Origin: Acidimicrobiia bacterium
GTDB lineage: Bacteria > Actinomycetota > Acidimicrobiia > Spongiisociales > UBA5794
Assembly: GCA_029939995.1 (NCBI GenBank)
Contig: JAOZRW010000004.1
Span: 10,831 to 74,830 of the forward strand
DNA: 64,000 bases
Reading direction: 5' to 3'
This document shows positions 45,837 to 55,523 of the stretch, piece after piece. The stretch's first letter is position 1. The number at the start of each line of letters is the position of its first letter. Under the pieces are notes generated by a model, which saw only the letters and a program-made list of their open reading frames with translations, was not told the DNA's origin and did no database searches. The position numbers and the translations under genes were made by a program.

Positions 45837-48799
45837 TCCCCGACATCCGCGTCGATCCGGCCGACTGGCCGGACAGCGTGCAACCCGTCGACGGGCCGCA
45901 ACTCATCGTCGGCGGCCCCGGCACCGGCAAGACCGAGTTCCTGGTCCGGAGAGCGACACGGTTGATCGAGCGCGGTCACGCCGGAGATCTCCTCGTCCTG
46001 TCGTTCTCGCGACGCGGCGCTGCCGATCTCGACACCCGCATCCGCTCGGCGGCTCCGGATCACGCCGCGGCGATCGACGTCGCCACCTATCACTCGTTCG
46101 CTGCGCGCCTCGTCGAAGCGCACGCGACCTATCACGGCTGGGATCGGGCACCCGACGTGTTGCCCGGCCCGGATCAGAAACGCCTCGTCGCCGAACTGCT
46201 CGAGAAGGAGGACCCGCGAGACTGGTCCCCGGCGTACCGTCCGCTCCTGACCACGAGAACGTTCGCCGACGAGGTCACCGACTTCATCCTCCGATGCCGC
46301 GAGCAGCTCATCGGCCCCAGCGAACTCGCCCACCGCGAGCAGGAACGGGCGGACTGGCGGGGATTGTCGTCCTTCCTCGATCGATACGACCGAACCCTCC
46401 GCTCACGCTCGCTGATCGACTACGGAACCCTCCTCGCGGAAGCGGCCGAACTGCTCCTCGACCCGCAGATCGCCGAGGAGCTCGCCGACCGATATCGCCA
46501 CGTTCTCGTCGACGAGTATCAGGACACGACCCGGGGACAGTCCATCCTCCTCCAACGCCTCGTCGCAGAGCACGGGCACCTCACCGCCGCGGCCGACCCC
46601 TATCAGTCGATCTACAGCTTTCGCGGCGCGGACGTCCAGAACGTCGTCCGCTTCCCCGAGGACTTCGCGTTCGACGGCGCCCCCGCGGAGCGGCTCGTGC
46701 TCACGACGTCGTTTCGCGTTCCCGGCGCCATCCTCGACGCGGCCGTGCGGATCACCGCCCACGAACTACCCGGAGCCGCCGGGAAGGTCGCCCCGGCACC
46801 GGGGAGGGGATCCGTGGAGATCTACCGGTTCAGCCGGCAAGTCGAGGAAGCCGAGTGGGTCGCGTCGGAGATCCACCGCCTCAATCTCGAGCAGCGCGTG
46901 CCGTTCGATCGGATCGCCGTGTTCACGCGTTCGAAGGATCGATTCCTCGCTCCCCTGTCGCGCTCCCTCGACCTGCGGGGTGTTCCCCACGACCGCCCCG
47001 ACAGCCGCCTGATCGACCAGCCGGCCGTTCGCTTCATCTTCGACCTCGTGTCCGCCGCTGCGGGAGCCCGGGACGACGACGAGGCTGATCGCACCATGCG
47101 TCGCATCCTTCTCGGGCCCATGTTCGCGATTCCGCCTGCCCTCATGTCGGAGCTCCTCTCGAAACGCTCCCGTCGGGAGACGCCTTGGCCGGATCTCGTG
47201 CGAACCGGCATCGACCGCGGTGCGCCCCTCGCCGATCTCCTCGCCGACCCGTCGTGGGCGATCGCAGGGCCGGCCGTGGACGGTCTGTGGCGGATATGGT
47301 CCGGCCTTCCCCAGATCGTCGATCTCGCCACGAGCCCACGAAGAGCCCGGGATCGTGCTGCGTGGACCTCGTTCGCGCAGGTACTCGCCCGCTGGAACGA
47401 TCGGAATCCGGAAGGGACGCTGCTCGACTACAGGAACCACATCGACGCCGAGGACTTCGAGGCGAGCCCGCTCCTCCCGTACCGGGCGGAGGACGCCGAG
47501 CGGGTCACCGTCACGACGCTCCATCAGGCGAAAGGTCTCGATTTCGACGTGGTGTTCATCTCTGACGCCGTCGAAGGGGTCTTCCCCGATCTCCGCTCGC
47601 GGGACTCGCTCCTCGGCACACGGCACCTCCAGCCTCACCTCCCCGTCGACACCGCCGGCTACCTCTCGTTCCGCCTCCAGGAAGAGCGCCGTCTTGCCTA
47701 CACAGCGATGACCCGCGCGGCGAGACGAGTCGTGTGGACGGCCACCGACTCGGGTTTCGATCTCGACGGAGGGACGCCCAGCCGGTTCCTCCCGCTCGCA
47801 GCCGGTGTCGGTTCGATCGATGAAGCCGCGACCGATCCGGATGGTCGACACCGGCCGGTCACCGTCGCGCAAACCGAAGCGGCGCTGCGCCGCGTCGCCG
47901 CCGACCCCGCCGCGGCGCCGCCGCGCCGGCTCGCCGCGGTCGACACGCTGGCACGGGGCACGACGATCGGTCTCCGGCCCGCCGGATCGCTCATCGGAGT
48001 GGCCGAGCGGGGTCCCGACACGGGAATCATTCAACGGCCGCTCGTCCTCTCCCCCAGCCAGGCCCACGAGTACGAGAAGTGCCCTCGGGCGTATGCGCTG
48101 CAACGCAAGATCGGGATCGGGTCGGAGCCGAACCGGTACATGGAGTTCGGCACCCTCATCCATGCTGTGCTCGAACACGTGGAGACGGCGGCTGCGGCGC
48201 GCGGCGATAGGCACGGAACCGCCGACGAGGCACTGGCCTACCTCGATTCGATCCTCGCCCCGGGGATGTTCGGACGGGAAGCCGTCGACGCCGCATGGCG
48301 TGAACGAGCCCGCGCCGCCGTCGAGAACCTCTACACGCTGTGGCCGGGAACCGGGGAGCCGGTCGGCGCGGAGATCGACCTTCGCCTCGACCGCGGCGAC
48401 GTCCGGTGGCGCGGCAGAGCCGACCGTATCGAGCAGCGCGACGGATCGATCGCCGTCATCGACTACAAGACGGGCCGGACCGTCACCGGGGACGAGTCGG
48501 CGACATCGATCCAGCTGGGCTTCTACCTCATCGCCGCCCGTGAAACCCCGGAGATCGCTGCACGCGGCGCCGTCTCCGAAGCGGAGATGTGGTTCCCGTT
48601 GCATCCGCTCAAACACTCGATCGCGATCCGATCGTTCGATCTGGCGAACCTGCCGGACGTGGAGAAGAGGATGGATGCCGTGGCGCGGGGAATCGCGGCC
48701 GAAGATTGGACCCCGAAGCCGGGCCCGGCCTGCGAGCGATGCGCTGTGAGGGCCCTCTGTCCCGCGATGCCCGAGGGCAAGGAGGCATTCAGCGCGTGA
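45833..48799 (+). CDS. adnA: UvrD-like helicase / RecB-nuclease subunit, AdnA-like
   Basis: Internal ATG 45833: MIPDIRVD...LIVGGPGTGKTEFLV (Walker A), DEYQDT, C-terminal nuclease GRADRIEQRDGSIAVIDYKTGR ... CERCAVRALCPA. About 988 aa. Confidence 0.85.
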   Translation: MIPDIRVDPADWPDSVQPVDGPQLIVGGPGTGKTEFLVRRATRLIERGHAGDLLVLSFSRRGAADLDTRIRSAAPDHAAAIDVATYHSFAARLVEAHATYHGWDRAPDVLPGPDQKRLVAELLEKEDPRDWSPAYRPLLTTRTFADEVTDFILRCREQLIGPSELAHREQERADWRGLSSFLDRYDRTLRSRSLIDYGTLLAEAAELLLDPQIAEELADRYRHVLVDEYQDTTRGQSILLQRLVAEHGHLTAAADPYQSIYSFRGADVQNVVRFPEDFAFDGAPAERLVLTTSFRVPGAILDAAVRITAHELPGAAGKVAPAPGRGSVEIYRFSRQVEEAEWVASEIHRLNLEQRVPFDRIAVFTRSKDRFLAPLSRSLDLRGVPHDRPDSRLIDQPAVRFIFDLVSAAAGARDDDEADRTMRRILLGPMFAIPPALMSELLSKRSRRETPWPDLVRTGIDRGAPLADLLADPSWAIAGPAVDGLWRIWSGLPQIVDLATSPRRARDRAAWTSFAQVLARWNDRNPEGTLLDYRNHIDAEDFEASPLLPYRAEDAERVTVTTLHQAKGLDFDVVFISDAVEGVFPDLRSRDSLLGTRHLQPHLPVDTAGYLSFRLQEERRLAYTAMTRAARRVVWTATDSGFDLDGGTPSRFLPLAAGVGSIDEAATDPDGRHRPVTVAQTEAALRRVAADPAAAPPRRLAAVDTLARGTTIGLRPAGSLIGVAERGPDTGIIQRPLVLSPSQAHEYEKCPRAYALQRKIGIGSEPNRYMEFGTLIHAVLEHVETAAAARGDRHGTADEALAYLDSILAPGMFGREAVDAAWRERARAAVENLYTLWPGTGEPVGAEIDLRLDRGDVRWRGRADRIEQRDGSIAVIDYKTGRTVTGDESATSIQLGFYLIAARETPEIAARGAVSEAEMWFPLHPLKHSIAIRSFDLANLPDVEKRMDAVARGIAAEDWTPKPGPACERCAVRALCPAMPEGKEAFSA

Positions 48800-51700
48800 A
48801 CTTCCAGCTCACACCCGAACAACAAGCCATCGTCGACTTCCCGCTCGCGCCGCTGCGAGTGGCGGCCGGGGCGGGCACCGGCAAGACGACGACGATCGTC
48901 CTGAGGCTCAAGGCGCTGCTCGCCTCGGGCATCGAACCGGAGAGCGCTCTCGGCATCACGTTCACGAACAAGGCCGCCGGGGAACTCGCCGACCGGCTCC
49001 GTGGCGAGCTCCCCGACCTCGCCGCCGACGGTCGCGAGGTGCAGGTCTCGACCTATCACGGGTTCGCCTATCTCTTGCTTCAGGAGTTCGGCGCCCTCGT
49101 CGGCGTCGAACGAGACACACAGGTCATCGGTCCCGCACAACAGCGACAACTCCTCGAGGACGGCCTGGGCGTGGTTCCGTATCGCTACGTCGATCTGACC
49201 AACCCTGCAGGCGTCGTCGACAAAGCGTTCACGCTCGCGGGCGCCGTCGGCGACAATCTCATCTCGTTCGACGACGTGCGGGCCGCCGCACCCGTCGAAA
49301 CCGACGACGTGTGGGCGACGCGTCTGGAACTGCTCTCGATCGCCGAAGCCTACGACGCGGCCAAGCGACGTCTCGGCGTTGTCGACTACGCAGATCTCGT
49401 CGGGAGGGCGTATCGGCTCGTCACCGATCATCCGGCCATCGCGTCGCGCATCCGCGACCGGTATCGAATCGTGCTGCTCGACGAGTACCAGGACACCGAC
49501 CCCGCTCAGCGCGAACTCCTCAGGACGATCTTCGGCGACGGTTTCCCCGTCACCGCCGTCGGGGATTCGGACCAGACGATCTACGAATGGCGAGGTGCTT
49601 CGCGACTGAACTTCGACGGTTTCGTCCGCCATTTCCCGAACGCAGACGGCTCGGAAGCCGTGACGCTTCCGCTCACGCTCAATCGCCGCTCCGATCGCAT
49701 CATCCTCGACCTCGCCAACCGGATCCGGCACCGGATCCACGACGAGGGGCCGATCGATCCCCTCAGAGCCGGGCCGGACGCCGGGGCCGGGACGATCGAG
49801 ACGGCGTGGCTCGGGACCCGTGACGACGAAGCTTCCTGGCTCGCCGACCGGATCTCCGGGGAGCACGACGACGGCACGCCGTGGGAGGAGATCGCGATCC
49901 TCGTTCGCAAGAACCGCGACATCGGCCCGATCCGGGACGCGCTGATCTCGGTCGGCGTCCCGACGAAGGTCGTATCGATCGGGGGTCTGCTCGAAGTCCC
50001 TGAGGTGGCCGAGCTCGTCGCGTGGCTTCGCCTGTTGAACGATTCCGACGACTCCACCGCACTGGGACGGATCCTCCTCGGGAGCACCTATCGTCTCGGC
50101 TTCGGCGACCTCGCTCCGCTCGCCGCATGGGCCCGACGATCCCCCGGCGAGAGCGCTCCATCGCGAACCTTGCTGAACGCCGTGGAACAGATCGAAGAGA
50201 TCGAAGGATGTTCCTCCCGCGCGAAGGAGCGCCTGGAGAGCTTCCACGATCGCTACCGCGATCTCCTCGTCGAGGCGCAACATGCCCCGGTCCCTGATCT
50301 GTGTCGCTCGATCCTCACCTCGATCGACGCGTGGACCGAGATCGACTCGATGGAGGATCATGCAGCCACTTCGGCGCGGCTCAACCTCTACCGCTTCCTC
50401 GACCTCTCCGAGTCCTGGACGCCCGTCACCGGCAGAGCCACCCTCGGATCGTTCCTCCGATACCTTCGCATGCTGTCCGATGAGAGCGCCGCACCGGAAC
50501 TCGACACGGCAACGGTGACCCGCGGACCGGCGGTGTCGCTCCTCACGATCCATCGTGCGAAGGGCCTCGAGTGGGATGTCGTCGTGATCCCGTCCGTCGT
50601 CGAGAACGGGTTCCCGTCCGGCCCGCGTTCGTACGTGAACCCGGTCGACAAGGCCGAGTTCCTCCCCTACCCGCTCCGCCTCGATGCGGAGACGCTCCCC
50701 GACCTCGACGATGCGGCCGACCGGCAGCAGCGCAACGCCGTCCTCCGCGCCTATCACGAAGCTGAGGAGTGGCGGATCGCGTACGTCGCCGTCACCCGCG
50801 CTCGCCGGGCCCTCATCGTGACGGGGTCGCACCGGGTGCCGGAGCGCAAGAGTCCTCGCGTCCCCTCACCGCTGTTCACGATGGCGGCCGGACTCGCCGG
50901 ATCGAACCTCGTGACCGACGATCCCGGTCCGATCGACGTGCCACCCTGGCGGCCGGAGCCCGCGGCGCCGGATCCCCTGTTCGGATCGACCGGCTGGACG
51001 GGTGCGCTACGACAAGCCGCCGACGACGATGGATGGCTCTCCGCCTATCCGGATCACGCGGCGTCGACACGGAGCCAGGCTGCTCAGATGCGGCTCGACA
51101 TCGAATCGCTCCCCGAGCCGACGCACACGGATCGATCGACGGCGAAGACGACATCGGTCACGGGTCTCGTCACCCTGGCCCGCTGCCCTCTCCAGTTCCG
51201 ATGGGCGTTCGTCGATCGCCTTCCGACGCGACCGAACTCCGCGTTGCGCAGGGGGGTCGAGTTCCATCGCCGGCTCGAGCTCCACAACCTCGGGAAAGTG
51301 TCGTTCGACGAGCTCATCGCCCCGCCGGATGACGCTCCCGCGAAGCATGCCGACACCCGATCGAAAGGCACGAGACCGTTCGATGTCTTCGCGACCTCCC
51401 GGTTCGCTGCGACTCGCGCCCGCTTCGCCGAGGTCCCCATCGATCTGCAGCTGGGTGACGTCCGGGTCCGCGGCCGGATCGATGCCGTCTACGAGCCGGA
51501 GCCCGCCGTGTGGGAGATCGTCGACTACAAGTCCGGTCGACCCTCCGACGATCCGGCACTCGACGTTCAGCTCCAAACGTACGCGATCGCGATCTCCGAC
51601 GGGGCCATCGCGGCGCCGGTGCCCGATCGGCTCATCGTCACGTTCGCCTTCTTCGGCGGCGGCGAGCTCGTCGAACGCTCGGTGGAGGTCGACGATGCCC

Positions 51701-51843
51701 GGCTGGCCGACGCGCGGCGTCGCATCGGTGTCCTCGTCGCCCGGTTCGGCAACGACGAGTACGAGCCCACGCCGTCGGACGCCTGCCGTCGGTGCGACTT
51801 CGCGTCGTTCTGTCCCGCCGGGAAGCGCTACCTCTCCCCCTGA
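48796..51843 (+). CDS. adnB: UvrD-like helicase / RecB-nuclease subunit, AdnB-like
   Basis: GTG 48796 overlaps the adnA stop (GTGA). VNFQLTPEQQAIVDFPLAPLRVAAGAGTGKTTTIV, LLDEYQDTDP, VAVTRARR, C-terminal GRIDAVYEPEPAVWEIVDYKSGRP ... CRRCDFASFCPAG. Confidence 0.88.
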   Translation: MNFQLTPEQQAIVDFPLAPLRVAAGAGTGKTTTIVLRLKALLASGIEPESALGITFTNKAAGELADRLRGELPDLAADGREVQVSTYHGFAYLLLQEFGALVGVERDTQVIGPAQQRQLLEDGLGVVPYRYVDLTNPAGVVDKAFTLAGAVGDNLISFDDVRAAAPVETDDVWATRLELLSIAEAYDAAKRRLGVVDYADLVGRAYRLVTDHPAIASRIRDRYRIVLLDEYQDTDPAQRELLRTIFGDGFPVTAVGDSDQTIYEWRGASRLNFDGFVRHFPNADGSEAVTLPLTLNRRSDRIILDLANRIRHRIHDEGPIDPLRAGPDAGAGTIETAWLGTRDDEASWLADRISGEHDDGTPWEEIAILVRKNRDIGPIRDALISVGVPTKVVSIGGLLEVPEVAELVAWLRLLNDSDDSTALGRILLGSTYRLGFGDLAPLAAWARRSPGESAPSRTLLNAVEQIEEIEGCSSRAKERLESFHDRYRDLLVEAQHAPVPDLCRSILTSIDAWTEIDSMEDHAATSARLNLYRFLDLSESWTPVTGRATLGSFLRYLRMLSDESAAPELDTATVTRGPAVSLLTIHRAKGLEWDVVVIPSVVENGFPSGPRSYVNPVDKAEFLPYPLRLDAETLPDLDDAADRQQRNAVLRAYHEAEEWRIAYVAVTRARRALIVTGSHRVPERKSPRVPSPLFTMAAGLAGSNLVTDDPGPIDVPPWRPEPAAPDPLFGSTGWTGALRQAADDDGWLSAYPDHAASTRSQAAQMRLDIESLPEPTHTDRSTAKTTSVTGLVTLARCPLQFRWAFVDRLPTRPNSALRRGVEFHRRLELHNLGKVSFDELIAPPDDAPAKHADTRSKGTRPFDVFATSRFAATRARFAEVPIDLQLGDVRVRGRIDAVYEPEPAVWEIVDYKSGRPSDDPALDVQLQTYAIAISDGAIAAPVPDRLIVTFAFFGGGELVERSVEVDDARLADARRRIGVLVARFGNDEYEPTPSDACRRCDFASFCPAGKRYLSP

Positions 51844-51851
51844 CCGGCACG

Positions 51852-51921
51852 CTGCGAACCCAGGGCTCGCAGGCGCACATAGGCGCGTTCCCGGCCCACG
51901 GTACGGGGCGTCTCAGCGATC
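51852..51921 (+). repeat. Intergenic repeat, type-2 unit (copy E)
   Basis: CTGCGAACCCAGGGCTCGCAGGCGCACATAGGCGCGTTCCCGGCCCACGG plus tail ...TCTCAGCGATC. Starts 9 nt after the adnB stop. The tail overlaps the last codons and stop of the convergent acylase gene. Confidence 0.85.
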
Positions 51922-54069
51922 GGGACCCAGCCGGTGGAGTTCTTTGTAGCCACCGGTCCGCCACCGCTCGAGATCCGACGTGTACCACCGGGAGAATCGC
52001 CGATCCGAGGGGCCGCCGGCAAGGGCGGTGAACATGCCCGGGATCCCCATGTCGACCATCATCCGGAACGACGGGACGAAGCTCGTCGTTCGTCCGGCGC
52101 TCTCGTAGATCTGGCCCTGGTGTGGCGTGGCCCGACCGCCGGGGATCTCGATCGGCCCGACGTCGAACCCGGCCGGCCCCGGCATCTTCCCTCCGAGCAG
52201 GATGTTCGTCATCGTCACCCGGTTCACGTCTCCCCATCGACGGTCGGCGCGCTCGTCGACCCGCTCGAGCGCGCTGCGATAGACGGCGGCGAGATCGCGG
52301 TCGCCGAGCCAGGGTGAGCGTTCGGAGACCAGGATGCGGTCGAAGTTGGCGTAGAAGTCGATGAAGATCCCCGTGACGTCGAGCAGATGTTCGACCACCG
52401 GTTCGCCGACGCCCTGCGGGCCGAACATCTCGATGAGGAGGTTCCGGTAGAACGCCTCGAAGATCGTCGCCCCGTGGGAGTCCGGATCGTAGGAGAAGTC
52501 CCAGCTCGCGAGACGCTGCCCGATCGGGGTGTCGGGGAGCACGGGGAGAAGCACCGCCATCATCTCCTCGGCCTGAATCGAGTAGGTGTCCTGGTGGATG
52601 CGACGGAACGTCGACAGATCGCACAGCGATTCGGAGAGGATGTCGGCGATCCTCCGCGCCCGGTAGTCGCCCATCGGCATGTTGATGGGGTGTGCCACCC
52701 CGAGGTGGTTCAGGTCGTTGTTGGCGGTCACGATGATCCCGTCATCCGGATCGATCGCGCGCGGCATGTCCTCCGGCTCCGCGAAACCGCGCCAGTCCCA
52801 CCGAGGATCCCAGCCCGGTTTCGGCACGAACCCGTCCCATTCGTCGTCCCGGAGCGGCGCCTGACCGGACATCTGGAACCCGATCCGACCTGAGTCGTCC
52901 GCCATCACCCAGTTCCAGGCCGTCTCGATTCGACCGAAGACGCTCATCGCTTCCTCGACCCCGGATGCCGACCAGATGTCGGTCACGGCGTTGAGCGTGG
53001 CCGCACCGGTGTCGGACGGGGCCCAGCGGGTCGCGAGATAGAAGCCGGCTTCGAAGGGGTCGCCGTCGAGCACGCCGTGCTGGTTCTCGTAGAACACGAT
53101 GTCGACCGGATCGCCCTTCTTCACGAGAATACGCTCGTGTCGTTCCGTGAACGGCTCGTAGGCACCGTCGCGCAGGAACCCGCCGTCGACACAATCCTCG
53201 ACCCATGAATCCACGGCGTCGATGAAGGCATACGTCGCTCCCCACGACAGGTTGTCCTTACGCCCCACGAGCGGACCGGGAAGACCGGGCATGTTGGCGG
53301 TGAAGACCGTGTCGGTGGGGAACTCGATGACCTGCTCGACCCACACCGCCGGCAGTCGATTGACCTCGAGGTGCGGGTCGTTGGAGAGAAGAGCGGTTCC
53401 CGTCACGGAGCGCTCGGGTGCGACGGCCCAGTTGTTCGATGCCATCATCCTCGGACCGCCGTCGAGCCACTTGACCGACTCCGGAACGATACGTTCGCCG
53501 AGCCGCACCTTGGAGAGCAGATCACGATCGAGTCCGACGAGGCATCCGGGGAAGAGCGAATCGAGGCGGTCGTCGTCGACGCCCGCCTGCACCATCTCGA
53601 CGAAGAGCCGCTCCACCTCGGATTGGGACACGGCGAGCGTCAGATAGCCGGTCATCCGCGCCATGAGGAACACGTCCTCGACGGTCCAGGGCTCGGGCCG
53701 GTATCCGAGCGCCCGGAACTCCCACGGTCTCGACTCGTCGAAACGCGTGTTCACTCCTTCGCAGTACGCATCGATGAGCGCGCGCGTCTCCCCGGTGAGG
53801 AGTTCCGCCTGCCCGGCCGTGTTGCCCCGCCAGTTCATCCGGCGGAAGAACCGGTCGATCTCCACCGACTCCTCGCTCCCGTCGAGACATTCGGCGACCC
53901 TCCCCTGGCCGATCAGGCGCATCATGCCCATCTGCATCGCACGGTCCCGGGCATGCGCGTACCCCATACCCCAGTACGCGCCGGCGAGGTCGGCGGTCCG
54001 GATGTGCGGGATGCCGTGCTCGTCCCTGGTCAGGGCGACACCATCGGGGACCGGTCCCCTGATCTTCAT
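51913..54069 (-). CDS. Penicillin acylase (S45 Ntn-hydrolase) family protein, no signal peptide seen
   Basis: 718 aa: RDEHGIPHIRTADLAGAYWGMGYAHARDRAMQM; predicted autoprocessing site ...GGPRMMA|SNNWAV (nucleophile Ser). The ATG overlaps the dtd stop (ATGA). Confidence 0.85.
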   Translation of the reverse strand: MKIRGPVPDGVALTRDEHGIPHIRTADLAGAYWGMGYAHARDRAMQMGMMRLIGQGRVAECLDGSEESVEIDRFFRRMNWRGNTAGQAELLTGETRALIDAYCEGVNTRFDESRPWEFRALGYRPEPWTVEDVFLMARMTGYLTLAVSQSEVERLFVEMVQAGVDDDRLDSLFPGCLVGLDRDLLSKVRLGERIVPESVKWLDGGPRMMASNNWAVAPERSVTGTALLSNDPHLEVNRLPAVWVEQVIEFPTDTVFTANMPGLPGPLVGRKDNLSWGATYAFIDAVDSWVEDCVDGGFLRDGAYEPFTERHERILVKKGDPVDIVFYENQHGVLDGDPFEAGFYLATRWAPSDTGAATLNAVTDIWSASGVEEAMSVFGRIETAWNWVMADDSGRIGFQMSGQAPLRDDEWDGFVPKPGWDPRWDWRGFAEPEDMPRAIDPDDGIIVTANNDLNHLGVAHPINMPMGDYRARRIADILSESLCDLSTFRRIHQDTYSIQAEEMMAVLLPVLPDTPIGQRLASWDFSYDPDSHGATIFEAFYRNLLIEMFGPQGVGEPVVEHLLDVTGIFIDFYANFDRILVSERSPWLGDRDLAAVYRSALERVDERADRRWGDVNRVTMTNILLGGKMPGPAGFDVGPIEIPGGRATPHQGQIYESAGRTTSFVPSFRMMVDMGIPGMFTALAGGPSDRRFSRWYTSDLERWRTGGYKELHRLGPDR

Positions 54070-54521
54070 AGAATCCTCCCGTCGTGAATGTCGACCACGA
54101 TCGTGACCGGGCCGTCGTTCGTCAATTCGACCAGCATGTGGGCGCCGAATCGTCCCTGCTCGACCCGGATACCCCGGGCTTCGATCGCGGCGGTGAACGC
54201 CTCCAGGATGGGGATCGCTTCCGGCGGTCTGGCGGCCGACACGAACGACGGGCGACGGCCCTTCTTGACGTCCGCGAGCAGCGTGAACTGGGACACGGCG
54301 AGTACCGCTCCCCCGATGTCGGCGACGCTTCGGTTCATCTTGCCGTCCGCATCGGGGAAGATGCGCATCGCGGCGACCTTGCCGGCGGCCGCCAGCGCAT
54401 CTCCGACGGTGTCTCCTTCAGCGACGCCGACGAGCGCGAGAAGGCCGGTTTCGATCGCTCCGGTCACCTCGCCGTCGACCGTCACCGCAGCCCGACTCAC
54501 CCGTTGCAGAACGACGCGCAC
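54066..54521 (-). CDS. dtd: D-aminoacyl-tRNA deacylase
   Basis: 3' part of ORF 54066..55271. GTG 54521 after GAGGAGGG. VRVVLQRVSRAAVTVDGEVTGAIETGLLALVGV...VSQFTLLADVKKGRRPSF... Confidence 0.9.
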   Translation of the reverse strand: MRVVLQRVSRAAVTVDGEVTGAIETGLLALVGVAEGDTVGDALAAAGKVAAMRIFPDADGKMNRSVADIGGAVLAVSQFTLLADVKKGRRPSFVSAARPPEAIPILEAFTAAIEARGIRVEQGRFGAHMLVELTNDGPVTIVVDIHDGRIL

Positions 54522-54590
54522 CGGCCCTCCTCGTGCGATTGTCACAGCACGGTACACCGATCCGGCGGGACCTCCTCTACACTCGCCGCC

Positions 54591-55523
54591 GTGTTTCGTG
54601 AGATCCCTTGGTCCATCGTTCGCGGCTTCCTCATGGGTTCGGCCGACATCGTGCCCGGTGTGTCCGGCGGGACGATCGCGCTCGTTCTCGGCATCTACGA
54701 ACGCCTGATCGCCTCCGTCCGGGCGGGGAGCTCGGCGCTCGGGGCGTTCGCTCGATTCGACGGCTCCGCCGGCGTCGTTTGGCTCAAGAAGGTCGATTGG
54801 CGCTTCATCTTGCCGCTCGGCGCCGGCATCGGGCTCGCGATCATCACGCTGTCCCACATTCTCGAACGGCTTCTCCGCGAACAGGCCGTCCTCATGTCGG
54901 CGTTGTTCCTCGGCCTCGTCGCCGGTTCCGTGGTCATCGCATGGAAGCTCCTGACCGTCCGCGACGTTCGAAGGGCCGTCGTCATCGGGGTCGTCGCGCT
55001 CGTCGTGTTCGTCCTCCTCGGGCTTCGCGAGGACACGTCGAGCGACACGGCGTCGCAGCTGACGGATCCGGCGCTCTGGGCGTTCTTCGGATCCGGTGCG
55101 GTCGCGATCGTGGCCATGATCCTTCCGGGAATCAGCGGCTCGTTCATCCTCGTCATGCTCGGCATGTACGGGCCGCTGCTGTCCGCCGTCACTTCGCGAG
55201 ATCTGGTATCGCTGGGCGTCTTCATCGTCGGCGCCGTGATCGGGCTCGCCCTGTTCTCCCAGGTCCTCCATCGAGCGCTACGCGACCATTACAACACGGT
55301 GATGGCCGTCCTCATCGGTTTGATGGTCGGATCGGTGCGCGTACTGTGGCCGTGGCCCCGCGGTGTCGACAGTACGGCACTCGAGTCGCCGGACGAAAGT
55401 CTCCTCGCGGCCGTGCTCCTGGCGATCGTCGCGTTCGGCATCGTCCTCGGTATCGAAGCCGTCGGCCGCAAGCTCGGTCACCACACCTTCGAGGACGAGG
55501 TCGAAGAGCTCACCGCCGAGTAG
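54591..55523 (+). CDS. DUF368 family membrane protein
   Basis: Internally duplicated motif ADIVPGVSGGTIALVLGIYERL / ILPGISGSFILVMLGMYGPL; 8-9 TM helices. The start is GTG 54591 or ATG 54633. Confidence 0.8.
   Translation: MFREIPWSIVRGFLMGSADIVPGVSGGTIALVLGIYERLIASVRAGSSALGAFARFDGSAGVVWLKKVDWRFILPLGAGIGLAIITLSHILERLLREQAVLMSALFLGLVAGSVVIAWKLLTVRDVRRAVVIGVVALVVFVLLGLREDTSSDTASQLTDPALWAFFGSGAVAIVAMILPGISGSFILVMLGMYGPLLSAVTSRDLVSLGVFIVGAVIGLALFSQVLHRALRDHYNTVMAVLIGLMVGSVRVLWPWPRGVDSTALESPDESLLAAVLLAIVAFGIVLGIEAVGRKLGHHTFEDEVEELTAE

Noticed and set aside
46766-50832. 616-aa and 769-aa minus-strand ORFs (46766..48616, 48523..50832)
   Set aside because: Antisense to adnA and adnB, whose helicase and nuclease motifs are clear on the plus strand.
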